DNA of 64,000 nucleotides, from positions 864,001 to 928,000 of the forward strand of contig CAVTBU010000005.1 in NCBI GenBank assembly GCA_963733035.1. The letters run 5' to 3'. Origin of the DNA: Pirellulales bacterium. Lineage in GTDB: Bacteria > Planctomycetota > Planctomycetia > Pirellulales > PALSA-1355. How positions within the stretch are numbered: position 1 is the stretch's first letter; each line of letters opens with the position of its first letter. The position numbers were made by a program, and so were the translations under genes. The notes below the pieces were generated by a model. The model saw nothing but the letters and a program-made list of their open reading frames with translations. It did no database searches and was not told where the DNA came from. Of the stretch, positions 1 through 12,309 are shown in pieces.

Positions 1-528
1 CCGTTGGCTGTTGCAATTGGCACAATCGCAATCCTTGCGACGGACATTTTGCTACCGGTTCCTTCCAGCGTCGTGAGTACCGTGGCGGGAGCTCAACTTG
101 GAATCGTTGGCGCGACCGTCGCCTCGTGGCTCGGCATGACCATCGGCGCAACGATCGGGTTTTGGTTGGCCCATATGTTTGGGCGCCCGCTTGCCGTCCG
201 TTTTTCGTCGCACGACGACCTGGACCGGATGGATTCGCTCGCCAGGAGGTACGGCCCGTGGATTCTCATTGCCACCAGGGCATTGCCCGTGCTGGCCGAG
301 GCGGCGGTGCTGTTTCTCGGTACGACGCAGCTGGCATGGCGGCGGTTTCTTCCGGCAATTGCATTGAGCAACCTGGGAATTGCCGCGGTGTATGCCGTGC
401 TGGGCCACTACGCCCGCTCGCAGGGTGAATTGCCGCTGGCGCTGGCCGCTTCGATTGCACTTCCGGTGGTGGCGGCGACAATGGCACGGTGGCTGTTGCC
501 TCACCCATCGTCCTCCCCGCAAGCGTAG
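1..528 (+). CDS. DedA/VTT (SNARE-associated Golgi protein family) membrane protein, 5' truncated by window edge
   Basis: Hydrophobic ORF open to the window edge with 'LLPVPSSVV...AGAQLG...G...[17 protein letters not shown]' and '[13 protein letters not shown]', typical of the VTT/DedA family. Confidence 0.8.
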   Translation, partial: PLAVAIGTIAILATDILLPVPSSVVSTVAGAQLGIVGATVASWLGMTIGATIGFWLAHMFGRPLAVRFSSHDDLDRMDSLARRYGPWILIATRALPVLAEAAVLFLGTTQLAWRRFLPAIALSNLGIAAVYAVLGHYARSQGELPLALAASIALPVVAATMARWLLPHPSSSPQA

Positions 529-536
529 TGACTTCC

Positions 537-2549
537 ATGAATCCAACGCGTTCGACCGGCGACGCAGGCACCGTACTCGAGTCCGACGATCCACGAATCT
601 ATGACGTCATCACGACCGCGCTGGGCCCGCAGGGCTCGTTGCCTCTCGACGCAGAGATGCTTCGCAATTGGCCGAGCGGCGATCTGTTCGGCCTGTCGCA
701 GAACGCTGGCATGGGATGGGATCCGGCCGCGATGATCGGCCCACAATTCCTGTTGCTCAGTACGCAAGGGGGCATCCGAGCGGACGACGGAAGGCCAATC
801 GCGCTGGGCTATCACACCGGCCATTGGGAAGTCGGGCTGCTGGTGGCCGAGGCCGCTAAGACGCTGAAGGCGGCCGGCGCGGTCCCCTTTGCGGCGTATT
901 GCTCCGATCCGTGCGACGGCCGCACTCAAGGCACCGTCGGAATGTTCGACAGCCTGCCCTACCGAAACGACGCGGCGATTGTGTTCCGCCGATTGATCCG
1001 GTCGTTGCCTCGCCGGCGCGGCGTGCTGGGAGTGGCCACTTGCGACAAAGGCTTGCCCGCCATGATGTTGGCCTTGGCCGGGACGCCGGATTTGCCCTGC
1101 GTGCTGGTTCCTGGCGGCGTCACGTTGCCTCCGAGCGCGGGCGAAGACGCAGGCAAGGTCCAGTCGATTGGCGCCCGCTATGCCCACGGTGAAATAACCC
1201 TCGAAGAAGCGGCGGCGGCCGGCTGTAGCGCATGCGCTTCGCCGGGTGGAGGCTGCCAGTTCCTGGGCACCGCTGCGACCGCCCAGGTCGTTGGAGAGGC
1301 ACTCGGTCTCACATTGCCCCATGCTGCCCTCGCGCCGAGCGGCCAGCCCATCTGGCTCGACATGGCCCGCCGCAGTGCCACCGCTTTACTCGATCTAGAT
1401 AAACGTCAGATCAAGACCTCGGAAATTCTCACGGACGAAGCGGTCCACAACGCGATGGTCGTCCATGCCGCATTCGGCGGATCGACAAACCTGTTACTAC
1501 ACCTCCCGGCGATTGCGCACCAAGCCGGATTGCGGCGTCCAACGGTCGAGGACTGGGAACGTGTGAATGCCCAGGTGCCCCGATTCGTGGACGCCCTACC
1601 GAACGGTCCGGTCGGGCATCCCACAGTTCGCGTGTTCCTGGCCGGGGGCGTACCGGAAGTCATGCTGCATCTGCGACGCTTGGGCCTGCTTAACCTGGAC
1701 GTGTTGACGGCGAGCGGTTGTCGTCTCGGCGACGTGCTCGACTGGTGGGAACGCTCAATGCGGCGTGCGACGCTTCGCGAAGTGCTTCGAATTCGCGACA
1801 GCGTCGACCCGGACGACGTAATTTTGCCTCCGGAGCGAGCGAAGCAGCGCGGCCTGACGGCGACGGTTTGTTTCCCACGCGGGAACTTGGCTCCCGAAGG
1901 CTCCGTCATAAAGAGCACCGCAATTGATCCCCGCGTGGTCGACGCCGACGGCGTCTATCGCAAAACTGGCACGGCCCGAGTGTTCACCCGCGAACGCGAC
2001 GCGATCGCGGCCATCAAGGGCCAGGGCGACAAACAAATCTCCCCGGGAGACGTTATCGTGCTCGTCGCCCGAGGACCGATGGGCTCCGGAATGGAGGAGA
2101 CCTACCAGGTCACTTCCGCGCTTAAGTATCTCGAATGGGGACGCGAGGTGGCCGTCGTGACCGACGCGCGATTTTCCGGCGTTAGCACCGGCGCGTGCAT
2201 TGGCCACGTAGGACCCGAGGCGTTGGCCGGAGGTCCGATTGGCAAGGTGCGGGAAGGCGATCGCATCCAAATTGTAATCGACCGCAACCGACTCACGGGA
2301 AGCATCGACCTGGTGGGCGATGCCCTGCGAGAAGTTGGCGTTGAGGAAGGAACTCGCATCCTCGCCGCCCGAGCGCCTCGAGATGACTTGCATCCGGATG
2401 AACGGTTGCCGGACGACACGCGCCTGTGGGCGGCCTTGCAGCGAGCCAGCGGCGGAACATGGGCCGGGTGCGTGTACGACGTCGCGCGCATCGAGCAGGT
2501 GCTGGCAGCGGGTGAGCGGACGCTACGGGAGCGAGGGGACGCGAGCTAA
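537..2549 (+). CDS. YjhG/YagF family D-xylonate dehydratase (IlvD/Edd family)
   Basis: Motifs '[12 protein letters not shown]', '[10 protein letters not shown]', 'ATCDKGLP', '[12 protein letters not shown]', '[21 protein letters not shown]'; start set at ATG 537 just after the upstream stop. Confidence 0.9.
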   Translation: MNPTRSTGDAGTVLESDDPRIYDVITTALGPQGSLPLDAEMLRNWPSGDLFGLSQNAGMGWDPAAMIGPQFLLLSTQGGIRADDGRPIALGYHTGHWEVGLLVAEAAKTLKAAGAVPFAAYCSDPCDGRTQGTVGMFDSLPYRNDAAIVFRRLIRSLPRRRGVLGVATCDKGLPAMMLALAGTPDLPCVLVPGGVTLPPSAGEDAGKVQSIGARYAHGEITLEEAAAAGCSACASPGGGCQFLGTAATAQVVGEALGLTLPHAALAPSGQPIWLDMARRSATALLDLDKRQIKTSEILTDEAVHNAMVVHAAFGGSTNLLLHLPAIAHQAGLRRPTVEDWERVNAQVPRFVDALPNGPVGHPTVRVFLAGGVPEVMLHLRRLGLLNLDVLTASGCRLGDVLDWWERSMRRATLREVLRIRDSVDPDDVILPPERAKQRGLTATVCFPRGNLAPEGSVIKSTAIDPRVVDADGVYRKTGTARVFTRERDAIAAIKGQGDKQISPGDVIVLVARGPMGSGMEETYQVTSALKYLEWGREVAVVTDARFSGVSTGACIGHVGPEALAGGPIGKVREGDRIQIVIDRNRLTGSIDLVGDALREVGVEEGTRILAARAPRDDLHPDERLPDDTRLWAALQRASGGTWAGCVYDVARIEQVLAAGERTLRERGDAS

Positions 2550-2612
2550 GTCCATTCGCCTACGGAATGGACGGCCGCGCCAAGCGACGCGCGATCGAAC
2601 AAGCCAATCGAG

Positions 2613-2861
2613 CTACTCTTCATCGTGCTCGGCGCGTTCGATTTGCTTGTCGTCGTATTCGTCGATGATTTTACGCGCGCGTTCTTCGTCCTGAACGCTG
2701 ACTAGCACGTCGGGGGCGGCGATCGACAAGCCGGCGAGCGGTTCGTTCTCTTCCGAAACAAAGGCTTCGATGCCCTCATCGAGCAGCAAGTTCATGACCA
2801 GATGAGCCTCGGTGACATTGGCCCCCTGATAGACGGAGACGAGATCCTTGGGATCGCTCAA
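2613..2861 (-). CDS. DUF2007-like small protein
   Basis: 'LVSVYQGANVTEAHLVMNLLLDEGIEAFV...VLVSVQDEERARKII' fits the DUF2007 pattern; TTG start inferred. Confidence 0.7.
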   Translation of the reverse strand: MSDPKDLVSVYQGANVTEAHLVMNLLLDEGIEAFVSEENEPLAGLSIAAPDVLVSVQDEERARKIIDEYDDKQIERAEHDEE

Positions 2862-3099
2862 GGGTATGCTCCTGCGAAAGTTACGAGGTTTCCTTGATGG
2901 ACGGCGCCACGGGTAAGCGGCCCGCACGTAGATTATACCCCTCGCGGCGCTGGGCGGAGGGGGACTGTCAAAGTGGCAGTTGAATCGGCCCCGTGAGCCA
3001 TGATTACGGCGCTCTTGGCACATTGTGGATGGCTGGGTCGGCCGCCACGAATCCACGCAACCCATTTCTACTGAATGAGTTCCAATTCCTTTTCTCTTT

Positions 3100-3116
3100 C
3101 CGGCGCGGCACTTGCA
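3100..3116 (+). promoter_or_regulatory. Candidate sigma54 (-24/-12) promoter of groES-groEL
   Basis: CCGGCGCGGCACTTGCA = GG-N10-GC with TTGCA, ~130 nt upstream of the groES ATG. Confidence 0.45.
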
Positions 3117-3243
3117 TTTCACGCCGCAAGCCGAGCACCCCGCGCGCCTAGATTGGCAGTTTGCCCGGGCATGCCGCATGGGTGCGGCGTCCAGATTCGG
3201 ACCCTACACAGCAGAACGATCGACTTGCGGAGGTCAACCACTA

Positions 3244-3570
3244 ATGTCGACAGCGACCAAGGTCAAGAAGAAAAGCAACACCATCAAGATTCAGCCCCTG
3301 GGCGACCGCGTGGTCGTCAAACGCGAAGAATCCGAAGAGAAGACGGCCGGGGGCATCGTGCTGCCCGATTCGGCCAAAGATAAGCCGTCGCGTGGCAAAG
3401 TCACGGCAATCGGCGACGGCCGGCTGCTGGACGATGGCTCGCGCAGCAAGCTGCAAGTCAAGGTGGGCGACAACGTGCTCTTCACGAGTTACGCCCCCGA
3501 AGTCATCAAGATCGAGGATGAGGAACTGCTGTTGATGCGCGAGGAAGACATCCTGGCCGTCATCGAGTAA
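3244..3570 (+). CDS. groES: co-chaperonin GroES
   Basis: '[12 protein letters not shown]...[25 protein letters not shown]...[11 protein letters not shown]'; GGAGG RBS before ATG 3244. Confidence 0.97.
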   Translation: MSTATKVKKKSNTIKIQPLGDRVVVKREESEEKTAGGIVLPDSAKDKPSRGKVTAIGDGRLLDDGSRSKLQVKVGDNVLFTSYAPEVIKIEDEELLLMREEDILAVIE

Positions 3571-3630
3571 CTCACGTACCCGCACACCCCAGACTCGTTG
3601 CTCGCCCCATGAGTGTGCGAGCGAATTTGA

Positions 3631-5271
<1,641 letters not shown>

Positions 5272-5356
5272 TCGGCCAACCCGAAGGACCGCTCGGAAGA
5301 CGGATGTGGTTTTACCGAGCGGGCATCGCGGGCCAGCTACCGATTTTCTCACTCAG

Positions 5357-5390
5357 AGCCCGCCGAAACTTGGTTTCGGCGGGCTTTTTT
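5357..5390 (+). terminator. Rho-independent terminator after groEL
   Basis: AGCCCGCCGAAAC-TTG-GTTTCGGCGGGCT perfect 13-bp stem followed by a T run. Confidence 0.9.
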
Positions 5391-5564
5391 ACCTTTCCGT
5401 GACGCGGTAGAGCTTCTATGTGGCCGTCTGATTTCTGTCACCGCAGGACGAAAAACCTTGGCAATTTCCCGGTTTACGGATTATTCTGTAGGAACCCCCG
5501 TCAAAGCGCATCTCACGCGCCGGGAAACGGAACAGAACATGCGGATTCGCTGGAGGACCTGATT

Positions 5565-6377
5565 GTGAACTCTTCAAAGCAAAACTGGTTGCGCGTTGGG
5601 CTACTGGGCTCTCTGCTGACGATTCCCGGTCTGCTGACAGCTGCCGACCGCAGCGTGAAGAATCTGCGCAGGCCGAACCCGGACGATCGCACGGTTGAGA
5701 TGTTCGCGGCAATGGATTCAAAAGAGATCGAGGTCAAGCTGATTCCCAAGGATGACACGGAAGCTCGTGTCATCATCAAGAACAACACCCCCAAGCCGCT
5801 CAATGTCAAACTGCCCGACGCCTTTGGTGCCCGCCCCATCCTCGCGCAAGTTGGTGTCGGCGGCGGTGGCGGTGGCGGCCGTGGTGGTGCTGGCGGCGGA
5901 AATCAAAGCATGGGCGGCGGCATGGGCATGATGGGGGGCGGTATGATGGGCGGCGGCATGGGCATGATGAACATTGCGCCTGAGCAGGTGGGGCAGTTCA
6001 AAGTCCCAACCGTCTGCCTCGAACATGGCAAGAAAGAGCCGCGACCGCAGATTCCCTATGAAATCGTCAAGATCGAAGAAATCACGACGGATCCGGCCGT
6101 CAAGGAATTACTGACGGTGTTTGGCAAGAAACGTTTGAGCCAGCGAGCCACTCAGGCTGCCGCATGGCACTTGGCCAACGGCATGAGTTGGCAGGAACTG
6201 GCCGCCAAGCGCATCGAACACCTCAACGGTGCCAGCGAGTCTTGGTTCTCACCACAAGAGATTCGGGCGGGTATGCAATTTGCCACGTTTGCCAGTGCAC
6301 TTGCAGCCCAGAATGCAAGCGAGACCCCTAGCGAGAACAAGGGAGTCTCGCTCTTCCAAAGGGTGGGCGAAGAGTAA
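5565..6377 (+). CDS. Secreted hypothetical protein with Gly/Met-rich loop and CLE...TQxAxW motifs
   Basis: GGAGG RBS then GTG 5565; N-terminal signal-like segment; poly-Gly/GGM tract; 'VCLEHG' and 'ATQAAAWHLAN'. Confidence 0.75.
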   Translation: MNSSKQNWLRVGLLGSLLTIPGLLTAADRSVKNLRRPNPDDRTVEMFAAMDSKEIEVKLIPKDDTEARVIIKNNTPKPLNVKLPDAFGARPILAQVGVGGGGGGGRGGAGGGNQSMGGGMGMMGGGMMGGGMGMMNIAPEQVGQFKVPTVCLEHGKKEPRPQIPYEIVKIEEITTDPAVKELLTVFGKKRLSQRATQAAAWHLANGMSWQELAAKRIEHLNGASESWFSPQEIRAGMQFATFASALAAQNASETPSENKGVSLFQRVGEE

Positions 6378-6391
6378 GCGCGTCTGCTCGT

Positions 6392-7647
6392 TTAAGCAGC
6401 CGTGACGCTACCTTCAACTCCGCCCCGGCGTAGGAGCCGGCGGATTTCCTGCTCCAGGCGGAAGCGTTCGCTCTGCCACTGGGCTTTCTCTGCCTCGAGT
6501 GCGCTGCGCTGCTCGTCCAGTTGCCGCTCGCGGCCACTGAGGGTCCGGGCATAGCGTTCGAATTCGCGCAGACGTGCGGTAGCCCAGGATTGTGTTTCGG
6601 CCCGCTGCCCGGCGATCTTCCGATACTGCTCTGCAACACGTTCGGCCAGTTGCTTGATATCCGCCCGCTCTTTGGCGAGATCCGCCTTGGCGAGGCGAAA
6701 CTCATCGGCCAGCTTCAAGCGGATTTTTCCCAGTGATTGAGTCAGACTGGCCGGTGACTGGTCGCCGCTTAGATGCGACCAGAGTTCCTCTGTCGCCAGC
6801 CGCATCTCCAGCGTTTCCTGCTGCACTCGGACGACGTCCGATCGCAACGTCTCGAGAGCCGCCAAGCGACTGGTCAACTCGACTTCCTGGCGTTTCAAGT
6901 CGCGGTGCTGCTCACCGAGCGAGGCGTTGGCCCGGCACCGTTCCTCGGCCAGCTTAGACCGTTCACTCTCCACGTGCCGAGTGAAGGCGATTCGCTGCTC
7001 AGCCAACTCCCGCGATTTCTTCTGCCATTCGGCCTGTTGTTCAGCAAGGAGCCGCTCGGCACGTTCGAGGTTGGCACGGAAACTTTCAAGCGACGCTGAA
7101 GTCCCCTTCGTATCATCAGTCGAGCCGAACCTTCGACCGAGCCGCTCGGCAGCCGCCGCGAGTTCCGCTTCGCGCCGATCAAGTTCCGCGGCCCGTTCGT
7201 CGAGGGCAACGTCGTCGCCACTCCGACGAGCCGTTCGCAAGTTCGTTTTGGTCCCGTCGGGAGCATCGGCCGCTTGCGTCAGTCGTTGCTCACGGCGCGT
7301 GAGTTCTGCTTCGCGCTGAGCTAGTTCCGCCTGACGTTCGTCGAGCCACAAGCGAGCCGTTCGGATCTGATTTTCCATCGCGGCAACGCGAGCGTTCAGC
7401 TCTGCTTCGCGATGGTCGAGCGTGGCTTGCTGTCGCTGCAGGTGTGTGGCGAGCTGGGCGGCCTGCAAGCGAATCTGGCCAGCCGTAACGTCCGGTCCGG
7501 TTTCGACAGCGGCCACGGGCGTCCGTTCGCAACCTGACGAGTCGGCTTCCCGCGGCTTTTCGTCCGCGCGCCGTGGGCCGGATCGACGCGAGTCGCCGGT
7601 CGCGACGCATCGTCAGGGCCATCATTGTGCGAGACGTCTGAAGCCAT
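6392..7647 (-). CDS. Long coiled-coil hypothetical protein (probable 1-nt frameshift near 7568)
   Basis: 6392-7516 ORF is almost all E/R/Q/L/A heptads; the upstream ATG 7647 frame (MASDVSH...RVDPAHG) joins it if one base is restored in GGCGCGCGG. Confidence 0.65.
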
Positions 7648-7883
7648 GGTATTTCGAGTCAGCGGCCGGATCTTGCGACGTGTGTGTTCCTTGAAACCTC
7701 CTGGGTTTCCACATCGTGAGTCTTAACCGTCAAAGTTTACCCAAGCGCATTATTCGGCTGCGGAACCGGCTGAAGTTGAGCCCAATGCCTCGTCGTGCGC
7801 ATGACAGCAGTGCCAGCAGCGCAAGAAAAGACCTCGCAGGAAACCCGCGAGGTCAAAACGGCCATTGGAAGCGATGCGTTGGC

Positions 7884-8210
7884 CTATCCCTTGGCGGCGT
7901 CAAGCGCCTGTTGCAGTTTGGCTTTGGGCTGCACACCGACAAAGCGATCGACCACTTCCCCCTTGTTAAAAAGCAGAATGGTGGGAATGTTCATCACGTT
8001 ATACGCCTGGGCCGGCCCCGGGTTGTCGTCGATGTTCACCTTGCCCACTTTCACAGAGCCGCTGTACTCGCTGGCAAGCTCTTCGATTACTGGACCGATC
8101 ATGCGACACGGGCCACACCAGGGAGCCCAAAAGTCTACAAGCACGGGCTCATTGGCCTGCAAGACTTCCTGTTGGAAGTTTGCGTCGGTAAACTCAGTGG
8201 CGTTCCCCAT
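7884..8210 (-). CDS. trxA: thioredoxin
   Basis: 108 aa, 'VLVDFWAPWCGPCRM' active site; AGGAG RBS. Confidence 0.97.
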   Translation of the reverse strand: MGNATEFTDANFQQEVLQANEPVLVDFWAPWCGPCRMIGPVIEELASEYSGSVKVGKVNIDDNPGPAQAYNVMNIPTILLFNKGEVVDRFVGVQPKAKLQQALDAAKG

Positions 8211-8472
8211 GTTTCGACTTCTCCTGCGGTATTCGAACGACTAGTCCGTTGGCGAGCCCCTTTGGCTCACAATAAAACTAGCCCCCACCAAACCAATCGG
8301 CCCCCGAGGCATCCTGACGTGAAGCCTCCGGGGCCTTGTGCAGAATTATAGGGGGGTGATAGCGAGTGTCAACGAATGCCCGCTTCGGGTGGCAGGCTCG
8401 TCCATATTTCGCATCTGGCCAAACCAGTCGATTGGCCCGGCCACTCAAATTTCCCGCCACGGAGCGACGGCC

Positions 8473-8886
8473 ATGCCCTTTGAAACTTTTGAACACACTG
8501 CCGATCTGGGCTTGCGCATCTGGGCCGACAATCTGAACGCGCTTTTTGCCGACGCGGGGCGAGCGCTGTTCTCGTTGATCGTGCCAGACCGGGACAGCGT
8601 CCGGCCGACAGAGTCGTTCTCCTTCGAACTTGCGGACGAGGAGATCGAGCTTCTGCTTTTCGACTGGCTCAACGAGTTGCTCTACACCTACGAGGTCCGC
8701 CATTTGCTACTGGCGGACTTCGAGGTGCGTGTCCGCAAAGACGGCCTCACGGCGACCGCGCGAGGCGAAACGGTCGAACCGCAACGACACATTCTCGATC
8801 ATGAGGTCAAGGCAATTACGTACCACGGCCTAAAACTCGAGCGACAAGCGAACCTTTGGCGTGCCGAGGTGATCGTCGATATCTAG
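8473..8886 (+). CDS. archease
   Basis: 'FETFEHTADLG' N-terminus, 'EVKAITYHGL' and C-terminal 'VIVDI'; directly upstream of rtcB. Confidence 0.93.
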   Translation: MPFETFEHTADLGLRIWADNLNALFADAGRALFSLIVPDRDSVRPTESFSFELADEEIELLLFDWLNELLYTYEVRHLLLADFEVRVRKDGLTATARGETVEPQRHILDHEVKAITYHGLKLERQANLWRAEVIVDI

Positions 8887-8917
8887 CTTCACATAACACA
8901 CCGCTCAGGTGCCTCCA

Positions 8918-10380
8918 ATGGCTAAGCAGCGATTCACCGGACCGCTCGAACGCATCGACGATACTTCATGGCGTATTCCCAAAAGCTATCGCGAAGGAAT
9001 GCGCGTCGACGGCGTGATCTACGCCAACGACGCGCTGATTGAGTCCATCCGCCAGGACCAGGCCCTTGAACAAGTGGCGAACGTTGCCTTCTTGCCGGGT
9101 ATTCAAACGGCAAGCCTGGCGATGCCCGACATACACTGGGGCTATGGCTTCTGCATTGGCGGCGTCTGCGCCACGGATCCGAATGAAGGCGGCGTGATCT
9201 CGCCAGGAGGCGTCGGCTATGACATCAACTGCGGCGTGCGGCTTGTGCGCTCGAATCTCACGCGACGCGACGTCGAGCCGCACCTGACCAGGCTCGTAGA
9301 CGAACTCTACAAACAAGTACCGACCGGTACCGGTCGAGGCGGCAAGTATCGATTCACTCCAACCGAGCTCCGCCGTTTGATGGGCGAGGGTGTGAACTTT
9401 CTGGTCGACCGTGGCCTGGCCGTGGACAGCGATTTGGAGCATACAGAGGCCCGTGGCAAGCTCGCTGGTGCCCAGCCCGACTTCGTGAGCGACCGCGCAC
9501 TCCAGCGGGGTTATGACCAGTGCGGCTCGTTGGGGTCAGGAAACCACTTTCTTGAAGTGCAAGTGGTGGACTCGATTCATGATGAAGCGGCTGCCCAGGC
9601 CATGGGACTGGTTCGCGAGATGGTGGTCGTACTAATCCATTCCGGATCGCGCGGTCTGGGATACCAGGTTTGCGACGATGCCTTGAAGACGCTGCGGCAC
9701 GCGCCCGAGAAATACGGCATCAAGTTACCCGATCGACAGCTGGTATGCGCGCAATCGAGAGCCCCGAAGGACAGCAATACATCGGTGCCATGTGCGCCGC
9801 GGCAAACTTCGCCTGGTGCAACCGCCAACTCCTGATGTGGCAAACTCGCGAGTGTTTCGAATCGATCTTTCATCGTTCCTGGCAGGAAATGAGCATGGAC
9901 CTCGTCTACGATGTCGCACACAACATCGCCAAGTTCGAAGAGCACCAGGTCAACGGTCAACGCAAACGAGTGTGGGTACATCGGAAGGGAGCAACACGAG
10001 CCTTTCCCGCCAATCATCCCGAGACGCCGGAGGCCTATCGTGCCATCGGTCAGCCCGTAATCATTCCCGGCGATATGGGCCGTGCAAGCTGGGTGCTTGT
10101 CGGCCAGGATGGCAGCATGCGGCAAACCTTCGGCTCGGCCTGCCACGGCGCCGGTCGCGTCATGAGCCGTACCGCCGCGATCAAGTATGCGCAAGGTCGT
10201 CAGATCGACCGGGAATTGGCCGAACAGGGAGTCGTTGCCCGGGCCCGCAGCTGGAAGGGGCTGGCTGAAGAACAACCCGACGCGTACAAGAATGTCGACT
10301 TGGTTGTGGAGGTAGTCCATCAGGCGCAGTTGGCCAAGAAGGTGGCTCGCTTGCGCCCTATCGGAGTGATCAAAGGGTAG
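8918..10380 (+). CDS. rtcB: RNA ligase RtcB (archease-dependent type), split by a 1-nt frameshift near 9752
   Basis: Frame 1: 'MPDIHWGYGF', 'GVGYDINCG', 'GSGNHF', 'IHSGSRG'; frame 2: 'DVAHNIAK', 'VHRKGAT', 'PGDMG', 'SACHGAGR', 'EEQPDAYK'. Restoring one base gives LVCA-P-IESPEG. Confidence 0.93.
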
Positions 10381-10493
10381 TTCAGCGAAACGACCGCTCC
10401 GCGCACGCGCCGATTGCCAAAACGCCGCTGATGCAAAGAATTTCAGCGATCGCCTTCTTGGCATCGTTAGCACGACGAGCCACCCTGGACGAA

Positions 10494-12305
10494 TTAGCGG
10501 TTGACCGCCGTGCTGGTTCGCCCAGCTGTTTCGACGTAGAGCGGCAGATAGCGGTAGTAGACCTCCAGGCACAACGTGCACAGGGAAGTGCTATACACCC
10601 GGCCGCCACATCGCCCCCAAACGGGATCCGGATCCCAACTGCCCGCCCACGAACCGTCGAGTCGTTGGCTCGCAAGCAGCGTGTTTTGCAGCGATTCGTT
10701 CCACCGTCGCCACGGTTCTCCGCCGGCCTGATGGAGCGCAAGCGTCGCGTAGTACCAGTAGTAATGATTGGAATGCCCCGTCCCCGGAGTTTCCCGAAGC
10801 AGAAATTCGCACGCTTCACCCACCGTTTCCGGTCGATCGTCGACACCGAGGAATTGTCGGCAAGCCAACGCTTCGGCCGTCATCGAGCGCGTCGCGATCG
10901 GACGTGTTGGCTGATAGCATGCTAAGCCGCCACTTCGCCCGGACGCCACGCTGCGTAAGAACCGTTCCATGTTAGAGCGTGTTTCGCGGGGTATTGCCAG
11001 CCCTCCCAATTCAGCACTCTTGAGCGCCATTACCTGCCAACCGAGTTGGCTTGTGTCGCCAGGTTGACCAATCTGGTAGCGCCAACTTCCGCTGGCTCGG
11101 TCCTGCATACGAATCGTGTACTGGATGGCGGAACGCAGCGCGGGAAGGATCCGCTGGTCGCGCGTCATTGCGTACGCCTCGCTGAGCGCGCAGCAAGCCA
11201 TGGCGTGACAATACATCCGCTCGTAGAGATTGTCAGTGGCCCCCAAATTGCCCGTGGCGTCCTGCGATGCCAGCAGAAATTCGAGTCCGCGGCGGACATT
11301 GTCGCGATAAGCTCCCTGCAAATGCGTATGACCGGATGCCAAAAAGGTGAGCAGTGCCAGCCCGGTGAGACCCGTGTCGGCATGCGCGCCAGCAGACTGC
11401 CGCTCCTCGCCGTCGGCCGCGCGTCCAGTCCCGGCCTCCAGGCGTCGCGGGTCCCAGCGTCCGTTCGAATCCTGGTTCGCGGCCAACCAGCGCAGCGACG
11501 CCCGCACCGCAGCCTCGGTTTCCTTGGTCGCTCCGTTCGCTGTCGGCCCCAGGTGATTGCCGGTGCGACCTTGGTATATCTTTGGCACCGGAACCTGCTC
11601 GTTCGATTGCTTGCCGGCAAGTTCGCCTGATTGAGCGGAGCCGCTTTCGCCGCTTGGCCGCGGGGTCTCGGTAGCATCACCGCGGGGATTATTGTCCGGA
11701 GGTGGCACCAACGGTTCGGCCGGTCGCTCGGGCGGAGGCACGAGGTCGGGACTTTCTGCGTCCTCCGTAGGAAGCTCGGTCGGCTCGGGTCGCGGCCGCG
11801 GCCGTACCAAGGGCTCGTCGCGTGCGACCAACTCGGGTGCAGGCGCCTCGTCGGTAGTCGGCCGTTCGGGAAGGTTGGTGAGCGTCGACACGGCGGGCTC
11901 TTCCGGCAGTACGCGCTTCGGCTCCGCGACCTCTCCGAGCGGAGGCACTTCCGTTGTAGGCGAAAGGTCAACAACGTCGAGCGGAGTGACCGTCGCGGGA
12001 GCAATCGCGTTCCATCGCTCGGGTGAAAATGCCTCATCGAGCGGTTCGTCGGATGAGCCAGCGACGAGCGCCACGTGAACTCCACCGGTATTCGGAGAGT
12101 CGACGGGGGCTGTAACGATGTTGACCGTCGTCATGTAAATCGCAAGTAGCAGATGCGCTAGGAGCGACAGTACGACGCATTTACCAAGCGGCTGCTGCCC
12201 CCAGCGCGTGCGGATGAGCAGCAACAGGGCGACGGTGAGCAGAACGAGACCACCCCAGACAGCCCAGCGAGCAAGCTGCGCGTCCCACCAGAGGGCGATA
12301 ATCAT
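10494..12305 (-). CDS. Membrane-anchored prenyltransferase/squalene-oxidase-repeat protein with TonB/TolA-like N-terminal half
   Basis: Two N-terminal TM segments (second with SLLAH), ~150-aa Pro/Glu-rich linker, QW-like repeats ('WLAANQDSNGRW', 'QDRASGSW', 'SQRLDGSW'), C-terminal 'LEVYYRYLPLY'. Confidence 0.8.
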   Translation of the reverse strand: MIIALWWDAQLARWAVWGGLVLLTVALLLLIRTRWGQQPLGKCVVLSLLAHLLLAIYMTTVNIVTAPVDSPNTGGVHVALVAGSSDEPLDEAFSPERWNAIAPATVTPLDVVDLSPTTEVPPLGEVAEPKRVLPEEPAVSTLTNLPERPTTDEAPAPELVARDEPLVRPRPRPEPTELPTEDAESPDLVPPPERPAEPLVPPPDNNPRGDATETPRPSGESGSAQSGELAGKQSNEQVPVPKIYQGRTGNHLGPTANGATKETEAAVRASLRWLAANQDSNGRWDPRRLEAGTGRAADGEERQSAGAHADTGLTGLALLTFLASGHTHLQGAYRDNVRRGLEFLLASQDATGNLGATDNLYERMYCHAMACCALSEAYAMTRDQRILPALRSAIQYTIRMQDRASGSWRYQIGQPGDTSQLGWQVMALKSAELGGLAIPRETRSNMERFLRSVASGRSGGLACYQPTRPIATRSMTAEALACRQFLGVDDRPETVGEACEFLLRETPGTGHSNHYYWYYATLALHQAGGEPWRRWNESLQNTLLASQRLDGSWAGSWDPDPVWGRCGGRVYSTSLCTLCLEVYYRYLPLYVETAGRTSTAVNR

Positions 12306-12309
12306 GGGG

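Noticed and set aside
3010..3035. Possible CIRCE element (TTGGCAC...) upstream of groES
   Set aside because: No matching GAGTGCTAA right arm at the required spacing
5855..5970. GGC/ATG-rich tandem repeats
   Set aside because: They encode the Gly/Met loop of the protein; not a CRISPR array or satellite
9740..9760. Programmed frameshifting in rtcB or the other split genes
   Set aside because: No slippery heptamer or stimulatory structure seen; the same indel pattern recurs in unrelated genes
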